Position numbers and translations under genes: made by a program | IMG/VR virus record: IMGVR_UViG_3300027416_000239 | Source of the DNA: an uncultured virus (IMG/VR IMGVR_UViG_3300027416_000239) | Taxonomy: Duplodnaviria; Heunggongvirae; Uroviricota; Caudoviricetes | Direction: 5' to 3' (one strand) | Length of the DNA: 20,000 nucleotides | Notes under the pieces: generated by a model | Databases searched by the model: none | What the model saw: the letters and a program-made list of their open reading frames with translations, nothing else | What the model was told of the DNA's origin: nothing | Part shown: in pieces, positions 1 to 8,500 of the stretch | Position numbering within the stretch: the stretch's first letter is position 1 | Layout of the letters: each line of letters begins with the position of its first letter

Positions 1-2919
1 ATTAATTTGCCTAACATGAAGCTTTTCCTGCGGACTAGAAGTTCCTACTCCCACATTTGCTCCATTTACCACTAGAGCATTAGATCCAAAGGTTCCTGCT
101 ACGACTCTGTCGTCAGAGAACACTTCTAGAATAGGAATACCCGAGATATCATTAACAGACATTAATGAACCGGATAGTGAATCAGTAACGCTAAATAATT
201 GACCTTGGCTACCAGCTATGTTTAAGGCTGTAGAGCCGGATTGATAAACGTCTAGTCTGGCTGATGGTGCTGTAGAACCAATACCTACGTTACCTGTAGC
301 TCGCAATATATTAAGAGCAGGACCTCCTAATCCGTAAGCATAAAATTGTAAATCTCCTGAGGAGATATTTACTAATTGAAAATCGGCAACATTATTGTTA
401 TAAAAAACAATACCACCGTCTTGATTTGATTTTTTATTTAAATGTAAGTAATAATTAGCGCTTGCATTATCTTTGTTTAGGTAAATATCGCCTCCTTCTA
501 CTTGAAGTTTTGATGTTGGGCTAGTAGTACCAATACCTACACTACCTCCAAAAGAACCTAGGCTTGATGCTCTAAATGTTCCTCCTATATGTAACTTATA
601 AGACGGTGATGTTTCTCCTACACCGATATTAGTTCCGTCATCGTACATAACGGAGTTAGTAAGGGTGTTAGTGCCGCTCCACTTAGTAACATAGTTCGCC
701 GTTCCTGTTCCTGTTAAAGAAGGGTTAGCAGTCTCGATGATATTACCAGATGAATCTACCGAAAGGTTGTAGGCAGCTGTACCTGTGAATGTACCTGAAC
801 CGTAGCTATGGAATCTGATGCTTCCATTACCACTAATTCCCATCTTCTGACTACCGCCTAGATTATGAGTAGTAGCAGTATGAGTCCAGAATTGTATTTC
901 TGTAGAAGGGTTACTTTCGTAAATGTTACCTCCAATAACCACAGCATTAGCTGTAGCTGAGGATAGACCGCCAATTAATGCAAATCCTTCTGGTTCGGCA
1001 GAGGAGCTATAATGAGTACTCGTAATATAGGACCATTTTCCTACGCCATCACTAACGTTACCTATTATGATGTTGCCTCCGGCTGAATTACCTGCTCCTG
1101 CTACATGCAGTTTTGATTTAGGACTAGTAGTTCCGATACCTAAATTACCGTCTGAGAGCCATCTACCGGCTTCGTAAGCAGATCCATTACTTAACCAAAA
1201 TCCTATACCTTGCCCAGCGCCTGAAGCTGCTGAGTATATACCTAATCCTACATTCGTGTATGCAAATAAGCCGTAAGCGATGTTTGGTGTTGTTGAGCCT
1301 ACTCCGATTTGTATAGCACCTCCAATGTCTAATTTAGCACTTGGGTTATTAGTTCCGATACCTACTCTGCCACTATTTGTGATATCTAATGCTCTTACAC
1401 CTGTATTACTGTAATATGCATATAAATTACTTCCGTCGTTACCCCATTGCCAAATTCCTCCTGTTGTTGTTTGATGGAGGGATAATCTTGCATAGTCAGT
1501 TTCAGAGACCTGTAGTTTATAAGATGGGGCTGTAGTACCAACACCTACGTTACCGCTATCGGTTAAGGTCATGGTGTAGTCCATAGTACCGCCTGCTATA
1601 GAACCAGATGGGTTCCAGGTGTCTCCACCACCAAAATACAAATTACCGTTGGATGCCTCAATGATTGACGGGTTATCTGTACCAGAGCTATCGCGGTTAC
1701 CCATAATAAGCCTTTGACCGCCGGAGCCATTAGAGATTCTTATCTGATTAGTAGCTTCAAATGGTCCAAATACCTGCATTACAGCCGGATGATGGCTGTT
1801 TGCACCAAATCTTACCTTACTTGTATAAGCATGAGGGGTACCAGACGTTTCCTGATAGTAAACTGAAAGGTTTCCTCCTCTATCTACCTTTATGAACCTA
1901 GATCTATATGCTCCGGTAGTATAGTTACCGTCTAAAGTAAGCACTGAGGCTGTTTGAGTGCTTAGATCTGGGAAGTTTGATGCTTCGTATCCTTTATCCT
2001 GATCACTTGCAGTGCTTTGCTTAATGTGTAATGACCCTGATGGTGCTGTAGTGTTAATGCCTACATTAGTTCCGTTCTGGTAAATTACAGAGTCTGTTAA
2101 CGTATCACTATCACTCCATTTTGGTACGTAGTTAGCTGTACCTGAACCGTTGATGGTAGCTAGTGTAGTCTCAATAACGTTACCGCTAGAATCTACAGCA
2201 AGACCGTAGGCGGGTGTACCTGTGTTAGTTCCTGAGCCGTAGTCGTTAATTTTAACTATACCTGTCTGAAGCAGTGTTAGTACCGGAGTACCAAAGGTTG
2301 TGCCGCCTGCTGTTGTAGAAGCAGCAAAGGTCATACCGTTTGCTACTTGACCTTGGGCATCAATTCTCCAGTTATAATAGGTAGAAGCACCTGTTTCAAC
2401 ATCAAATGTAATGGCTGCATTGCCTCCGGTACTTCTAATCCAGAGTTGATTATAATCTGAAGATCCATTGATGTCTACTTTACCGGTAGGGTTGGTGATT
2501 CCTATACCTACCTTACCGCTTCCTAAGATATTAACAGTATCTGAGCTGTTATACAGACCTAAGCTTAATCTATTGTTAGCAGATCCTGTTCCTGCTAAGT
2601 AAAATCCTAATTCTGCCTGGTTGTTATTGCTTGCTCCGTATCCTAGCGTGATAGCATACGTAGATGCATCAGCTAGACCGGAATTTAAGATGGATAATGC
2701 CCTAGAAGTATCGGTACTTGTACCTAAAACATGGCCAGTTACCGAAGTTGCTTTAATAGCACCTGCTACATGAAGTTTAGAAGTAGGATTAGTTGTTCCT
2801 ACTCCGACATTACCGGATCCTGATACAAATAAAACAGAGGAATTACCGGTTCCTTTGAAATCTGCACTACCTGTAACGTTGATCGCCCCTAAGGCGGGTA
2901 TAATCCTGATGTCGGCCAT
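1..2919 (-). CDS. Long fibre protein with VGIGTxxP repeats, 3'-truncated (>973 aa), absent from ORF track
   Basis: Translated by hand from the ATG at 2917-2919 (MADIRIIPALGAINVTGSADFKG...) with no stop codon down to position 1. About 10 copies of GxVG(I/V)GTxxPxxKL(H/D/Q)(V/I) separated by variable spacers, plus a GSQGQLFSVTDSLSGSLMSVNDISGIPILEV segment near the window edge. Confidence 0.9.
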   Translation of the reverse strand, partial: MADIRIIPALGAINVTGSADFKGTGNSSVLFVSGSGNVGVGTTNPTSKLHVAGAIKATSVTGHVLGTSTDTSRALSILNSGLADASTYAITLGYGASNNNQAELGFYLAGTGSANNRLSLGLYNSSDTVNILGSGKVGIGITNPTGKVDINGSSDYNQLWIRSTGGNAAITFDVETGASTYYNWRIDAQGQVANGMTFAASTTAGGTTFGTPVLTLLQTGIVKINDYGSGTNTGTPAYGLAVDSSGNVIETTLATINGSGTANYVPKWSDSDTLTDSVIYQNGTNVGINTTAPSGSLHIKQSTASDQDKGYEASNFPDLSTQTASVLTLDGNYTTGAYRSRFIKVDRGGNLSVYYQETSGTPHAYTSKVRFGANSHHPAVMQVFGPFEATNQIRISNGSGGQRLIMGNRDSSGTDNPSIIEASNGNLYFGGGDTWNPSGSIAGGTMDYTMTLTDSGNVGVGTTAPSYKLQVSETDYARLSLHQTTTGGIWQWGNDGSNLYAYYSNTGVRALDITNSGRVGIGTNNPSAKLDIGGAIQIGVGSTTPNIAYGLFAYTNVGLGIYSAASGAGQGIGFWLSNGSAYEAGRWLSDGNLGIGTTSPKSKLHVAGAGNSAGGNIIIGNVSDGVGKWSYITSTHYSSSAEPEGFALIGGLSSATANAVVIGGNIYESNPSTEIQFWTHTATTHNLGGSQKMGISGNGSIRFHSYGSGTFTGTAAYNLSVDSSGNIIETANPSLTGTGTANYVTKWSGTNTLTNSVMYDDGTNIGVGETSPSYKLHIGGTFRASSLGSFGGSVGIGTTSPTSKLQVEGGDIYLNKDNASANYYLHLNKKSNQDGGIVFYNNNVADFQLVNISSGDLQFYAYGLGGPALNILRATGNVGIGSTAPSARLDVYQSGSTALNIAGSQGQLFSVTDSLSGSLMSVNDISGIPILEVFSDDRVVAGTFGSNALVVNGANVGVGTSSPQEKLHVRQIN

Positions 2920-2933
2920 GAACTATCTTTAAG

Positions 2934-2942
2934 TATAAATAG
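2934..2942 (-). promoter_or_regulatory. Candidate late promoter motif CTATTTATA
   Basis: Lies in a 39-nt intergenic gap, 14 nt upstream of the ATG at 2919. The same CTATTTAT 8-mer recurs in the other large intergenic gap at 18669-18676. Confidence 0.5.
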
Positions 2943-2958
2943 AACTTACTACCTATTG

Positions 2959-3606
2959 TTATAATCCAAACCTTGTACGGTGGGCATTATAAATTTGAGT
3001 AACTTCTCTGTCTGTTAATACCCTGTTGTAGCAAATAAGATTTGCAATCTCACAGTTTGAATACTGGCTATACTGGTTGTTTAGATTCCATCCGTTAGGA
3101 CCTTGAGATCCTGCGTTGCTGTTACTAACTGTCAGGGTAGTGTTGATATATAAGCTGTACTGATCGTTAGAAATATGACCTTGACCGGTAAACATTCTCC
3201 AAGTAGCATCGGATGATGGTGAACCTACATCGTTTACCCATCCTTCTGCATAATAATCCCCGTAAGTTGTATCGTGGTGGGCAAGTAGCCAGTTGTTATT
3301 CCAGGCAGTAATAGTTCTCCCACTGTTTCCTGTGGAAAGCTTTCGTACCCAGCTTATAACTGTAAAGTTGCTTGAAGCTAAATTCATGCTGCTATTTCTT
3401 CCATACCCGTTTCCGTCTTGAGGGAAGTGCAGCACCTGTATATCGTTAAAGGCGGATGCTGCTACTGAAGTTCCTAAGGAAATATTATGTCCGTTACCTG
3501 ATAGATCGTACCAAGTGCTACCTCCGGGGTAGGATTTTGTATTAGCTGCATCTACATGCATCACTAATCCGTCTGTTGGTACGTCTGGTCCTCCGTATGC
3601 TCCCAT
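2959..3606 (-). CDS. LamG / concanavalin A-like lectin domain protein (215 aa)
   Basis: N-terminal TDGLVMHVDAANTKSYPG..TWYDLSGN, FTVISWV strand, and C-terminal YNRVLTDREVTQIYNAHRTRFGL, typical of phage LamG-like proteins. Confidence 0.8.
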   Translation of the reverse strand: MGAYGGPDVPTDGLVMHVDAANTKSYPGGSTWYDLSGNGHNISLGTSVAASAFNDIQVLHFPQDGNGYGRNSSMNLASSNFTVISWVRKLSTGNSGRTITAWNNNWLLAHHDTTYGDYYAEGWVNDVGSPSSDATWRMFTGQGHISNDQYSLYINTTLTVSNSNAGSQGPNGWNLNNQYSQYSNCEIANLICYNRVLTDREVTQIYNAHRTRFGL

Positions 3607-3607
3607 G

Positions 3608-4171
3608 TTACCAGATTCTTATATTACGTATGATTGTTGTACCTGTACCTGTACATGCTCTACCTATCTGAGGTCCTGCTTTTGATCCGTTAACGTTTCT
3701 TCTTCTTTGTATGAAGAAAGTTTTTGGGTTATTGGTATTGAAGCTTCCGTGGTAAAAGTTATTGGAGTTGTTATCACAAGCGGAAGTTTTTGCATGAGAT
3801 TGAAATGCTGGTATTTCCCAGCTATTAAGCGGACGGCTGATTCTATCTCCGGCACTCTCATCGTAGGTTAGGAGGTTTCCTAGTGCACTCCCGGGAGCAT
3901 ACGCATTTTCGTTAAATGTCCAGCAAGCAGAATTACCTTCTAATATTAATTCGTAAGTAATGTTTGTCCACGGAATAGAGTCACTCAACTCTATGTAAAT
4001 ACCGGACGAAGAACATCCGTAACCGGTGTATGTGGTCTTTATTTGATATCCTCCATTAGGACCTACATTACCGGTCTCAGCAGTAACAATACTATCGTAG
4101 CTACCAAGAGCTACTGACCAGACTTGGTTTGATGTTACTAATGTTGATCGTATGCCGTATCCTGTTGCCAT
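3608..4171 (-). CDS. Hypothetical protein, predicted beta-rich, 4 Cys (187 aa)
   Basis: ATG start, 1-nt gaps to both neighbours. No recognised family. Confidence 0.75.
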   Translation of the reverse strand: MATGYGIRSTLVTSNQVWSVALGSYDSIVTAETGNVGPNGGYQIKTTYTGYGCSSSGIYIELSDSIPWTNITYELILEGNSACWTFNENAYAPGSALGNLLTYDESAGDRISRPLNSWEIPAFQSHAKTSACDNNSNNFYHGSFNTNNPKTFFIQRRRNVNGSKAGPQIGRACTGTGTTIIRNIRIW

Positions 4172-4172
4172 C

Positions 4173-4388
4173 TTACCATTTGCCTTCCGGGCAAGTTGAA
4201 GTTACTAAGTTCATTAAAGCTTCTCTTATACATCCACAGGCTCCACATGTTCCGTCTTCCTGTACATGCTCGCAAGACTGACATACAACCTCCCAAGTAT
4301 CTCTCTGCTCTTGAGTAGCTAAATCAGATTCTTCTATGATGTACTTCTTATACACAACTCCACCAATAATTTCTTCTTCTATTCTCAT
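4173..4388 (-). CDS. Small Cys-rich putative metal-binding protein, DUF6171-like (71 aa)
   Basis: Pattern CxxC-x8-CxxCxC-x12-CPxGKW. ATGA overlap with the upstream gene's stop codon. Confidence 0.7.
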   Translation of the reverse strand: MRIEEEIIGGVVYKKYIIEESDLATQEQRDTWEVVCQSCEHVQEDGTCGACGCIREALMNLVTSTCPEGKW

Positions 4389-5551
4389 ATTCCAAATCTT
4401 GATTTTACTGCTAAATAACTCTGCTCTACTTCCATAGGAGTAAATGCTTTATTTAGGTGAATTTTTAGTAACGGAATTTGACCTGACATTACAGAAGGGC
4501 TTGAAGGAGCTCCTCCTCGATGCTGTCCAATATACTGTGGACCTCTCCCTGCTAAATCAAATGCTGTGGTGTTGGTATTACTTGCAACGAGCTGTCCATT
4601 TAAATACACTCTCATACCGGCATTTATATCAAATACTCCAATAGCATGATGGTACCCTGTACCTACTAATCCTGTTGCACTAATTGCTCCGTTATCTGTA
4701 TATGGTGAGTTTCGTCTATGAAATAGGTATAATTGATTACTAGAATTAACGTAGAAGCTAAACCAGTGGTACTGTGCGTCTCCTATGATACCGTCTACTC
4801 TATTTGTAGAGTATCTATTAAATACTGCTTCAATGGTATAAGACTTATTAACAATATTAGCGGAACCTCCAAAGGTAATTAAATCATTACTGCCGTCAAA
4901 CTCTGGTTCTGCATTTGCATTAAAACTAACACCTGAAAGTTCAAGAGTACGGTTACCGGTCATATCCAGTAGTGCTGCTGTTGAAGCTCGAGTACCGTTT
5001 ACAAACGGAGTAGGGTGTGATTTACCAATCTCAATCTGTACATTAGAAACATCCACTGAGAATGTTCCTGTTCCGTTATCTGCCCAGACTGTAAATCCTA
5101 CTTTCTGTCCATCCCCTACTGTGCCACTCCAGCTAATACGTTCTCTAGTATTACCGTATTTAATGTTTCTCTGACTCCCTGCTGAGTAACCTAGGTATGT
5201 CTGGGTGCCGGTGGTTTGTCCAACCATTATCCAGCTAAAATCTGCTGTAGCTTCATTTGCAGATTCAAAAGTAGCAGAAATAGTTACATTTTGTCCGGTA
5301 TAGGCTGATACATCCCATAGGTAGCTTCTCCAGGCAGCACCAGGAGTTCCAGACCAGCTAGTAATAATAAACCTAAAACTTTTCTCTTCACTACTTAGTG
5401 TAGAGTAAGTTCCACCCCATCCTCCTTGAGACGGAGTGGTAGTGACGATATTAGTTGTAGGTTCTCCTTTATACGACCTGAATGTATTAGTTGCGTCGTA
5501 AAATACCTCGAGGTTATCTACTACTGCTTTTGGTGAATGATGATGAGCCAT
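4385..5551 (-). CDS. LamG-like lectin protein with an inserted CBM-like domain (388 aa)
   Basis: N-terminal VDNLEVFYDATN..SY, then an insert of about 165 aa, then LLDMTGN, FDGSNDLI, YTIEAVF, VYLNGQL and terminal EVEQSYLAVKSRFGI. Confidence 0.8.
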   Translation of the reverse strand: MAHHHSPKAVVDNLEVFYDATNTFRSYKGEPTTNIVTTTPSQGGWGGTYSTLSSEEKSFRFIITSWSGTPGAAWRSYLWDVSAYTGQNVTISATFESANEATADFSWIMVGQTTGTQTYLGYSAGSQRNIKYGNTRERISWSGTVGDGQKVGFTVWADNGTGTFSVDVSNVQIEIGKSHPTPFVNGTRASTAALLDMTGNRTLELSGVSFNANAEPEFDGSNDLITFGGSANIVNKSYTIEAVFNRYSTNRVDGIIGDAQYHWFSFYVNSSNQLYLFHRRNSPYTDNGAISATGLVGTGYHHAIGVFDINAGMRVYLNGQLVASNTNTTAFDLAGRGPQYIGQHRGGAPSSPSVMSGQIPLLKIHLNKAFTPMEVEQSYLAVKSRFGI

Positions 5552-5554
5552 AAC

Positions 5555-8500
5555 TTACTTATCTCTAACGGTTTGTAAAGGTTTAGTGTCTTTACGGGTG
5601 CCTTGTATGTAGTAGTAAGCATTGATCTTACTAGTTAGTAGGTCTCCGTTTTTAATAAATACTCTGTTATCTCTAACATCTACTACATAAAGGTTTTGAT
5701 GCTTACCAATTGAAGTTAATTGCACAGTGATGCTATCTTCATGTACTAATCCCGTCCATTCTTCCGGTAATTCGATTACGTTACCGTTAATCTTTCCTCT
5801 ACAGTACACTGCGTGTTCTGGTCCTTCTAAGACTCCGTACACAAGTTTCTTACCTGGTTGAGTAGGATGATCAATCACAAATGATTTCTCATTTGCTTCT
5901 AAGATACCGTTGATGGATAGGGTAGTACCGTCCCAAGTCAATGCCTGAGATCCTGATACTGTATCTGTATCTTTCCAGAATGCTACTTCATTGGCTACAC
6001 CAGTACCGTTTGATGATACATCAATCTCAATTACGTTACCGGATGAATCTACGGCTAGTGATTTGGTAGCAGTGCCTGTCTGAGTTCCTGAACCGTAGTT
6101 ATTAAGTCTTAAAGCACCTCCTGTTGATATCTGTGCTCTAGTACCTGCGTTAGTCTTAAGGTATAGTGGATGATTAGAATCAGTACCAATAGCTGCTAAA
6201 GAAGATTGTGCTTGAACATTAAATAATGCTCCGGATGCTCTTTGAACTTCAAGCTCACCGTTACCTGTAGAGTAGACGTGTAATTGAGCTGAAGGAGCTG
6301 TTGTACCTACACCTACGTATCCCTGAGAGCCTGAGATTACCATCACTCTAGTTCGGGTGCCGGGCGATCCTGATGGCATAGTGGCGATTTGAAGTAGGTC
6401 GTCACCCATAAAAATCTCCATACTTCTTAGAGATCCTATATCATTTCTATGTCCGCTATCGTAATAGTAGTTGGTAGACAAGTACATACCGCCTGCGAAA
6501 GCTCCTATATATGAATTTGCGGTGCTGGCACCTCCGTCAAATACTATATGGTTTGTACCGGTAGTGTTGTAAATCTGTAAACTGCCTGAGGTAGGAGTAG
6601 TGGTGCCGAGACCTACATTGCCAGTACTAGTGATGCGTACTTTTTCAGAGTTATCAACTTTAAACTGAATAACACTACTGCTATCTGTATTAGAAGCATC
6701 AGCTCCAATGGTTAAGTTACCGTTGAAAGATTCAATTCTACCAGATCCTCCTACTGTTCCTAGTTCTGTATAAGAACCAGACAGTGCATTTGTTCTCTGT
6801 ACTCTTACTGCTGCTCCGTTATCTGTAGTATTACTTACTGTTAGTAGAGCAGCTGGTGAGGTTGTGCCTATCCCTACTCTGCCTACCCCGGTAATACGCA
6901 TTCTCTCACCCATTGACGTACCGTTATTGGTGCCAAAGGCAATTACGTTTTCGGCATCTGTTCTAGATGCTAGAAGTAAAGCTCCTATTCCTGAATCAAA
7001 TGATACATTAGAGGAGTAAATACCGGCTCCTGGTAAGGAAGTAAAGTTTGCGTAGTTGCCAACAAGCGTATGCCCTTTAGTTGTCACTATTCCTGCAACT
7101 TCTAATGTAGTAGTTGGTGAAGCAGTACCGATACCTACTTTTGCACTTGTGTGGTCGTAGAAGAAGTTACTAGCTCCTCCTGTTACTGATCCGCTCTTAA
7201 ACTGTACTGATTTATCCAGTCCGGCTGGGTTGGCAGCTACACCAAATAATCCTGAACCGTCACCTACAAATGAACCAGAAGTAGTTCCTGTGGTAAATAA
7301 ATCTCCGTATACGATATGATCTGAGCCGCTTGACCAGATTTGTGAGTTCTCCAAATGGTCTCCGCCGTCTGATCTTGCTACATACCACTTAGTTAGTGTG
7401 GGTTCTTCTCCTAATGATCCTGTATTTCTAGGACCAGACATAAACATAGCTCCTGAGTATGTAGATCCACTAACGTTCTGATATACCCAGTGATCGTGTA
7501 GGGAATCCCAAGCAAAAGATGCTGTAGCATCACTTGATCCTGAGTCGTATACTCTTAAGCCTCCAAATCTCTCTATAGGTTCAAATACGTTAACGCTAAT
7601 GAAAGCAGAATCAACGTCTAATTGCGAGGAAGTAACGTGGTAGAATGATGAAGAACCGAAAACTGTTAAATCTCCAGTAATAACAACGTCTTGATTTAGC
7701 TGTCCTACGCTCTCAGCTTTCAAAGCATAAGAGGATGTTACTGCAAAGCTAGCACTATCAGCCTGGATTGCATGAGAGGATGAAACAGCTCTATCAATAG
7801 TACCAGCAAAGCTACCTGAGAAAGAGCCTGAGAGAATCATATTATTATGACGTGGTGCGAATCCTCCGTTTGCATTCTTAACTAGAACGTCATATGTTAC
7901 TGTGTTTTCTGATCCTGAGATTACGGCTATATCTCTAAGGTGTACTGGTGATTTAGGTTCTACAAAAATCAGACCATTACCGGCATTTACCTTTGTTACC
8001 CAGCCTACTCTTACTACATCATAAGGGAAAGGAGGTGGTGTGTTTCTAAACCCTGCCGATCCTGTCTGGAGGTATAGAGTATCTCCGGCAGTAAATGCTG
8101 TTGTATTTAATTTACGTACAATACCTTGTGCGGTTATGTATCCTGTAGCATTATCAGCAATATCGTTTGTAGCAACACCTATAATATGATTCTCCCTTCC
8201 AAACTGTGAGACTATGTGGTTTTCAGCTACTGCTGGCCAGATATTAGGCCTGTCTCCTGTGGAGCCTGAGATACGCACCGGTGTTCCATTTAAGATAGGG
8301 TTTCCTGACTTATTAATTGCTCTAATCCAGAACTCCTGACCTACTTGCATTGTTACATCAGCAACATCGTTATAGACTGCTAATGCTCCTTCGGTAGCAT
8401 CGTAAAATACTCTACCTGCTCGATGAGCTGGTTCTGATCCTGCTACTCGAGGTGTAAAGTCTATATGCGAGCCTGTAAAGTAGGAGGCAGTTAACGATGA

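Noticed and set aside
3664..3861. Nested 65-aa minus-strand ORF
   Set aside because: Out of frame inside the 187-aa gene, which fits the operon junctions exactly. No recognisable motif.
2959..5551. Diversity-generating retroelement targeting the lectin genes, prompted also by the Mtd_N-like domain
   Set aside because: No reverse transcriptase and no near-identical repeat pair differing only at adenines was seen. A remote template outside the window cannot be excluded.
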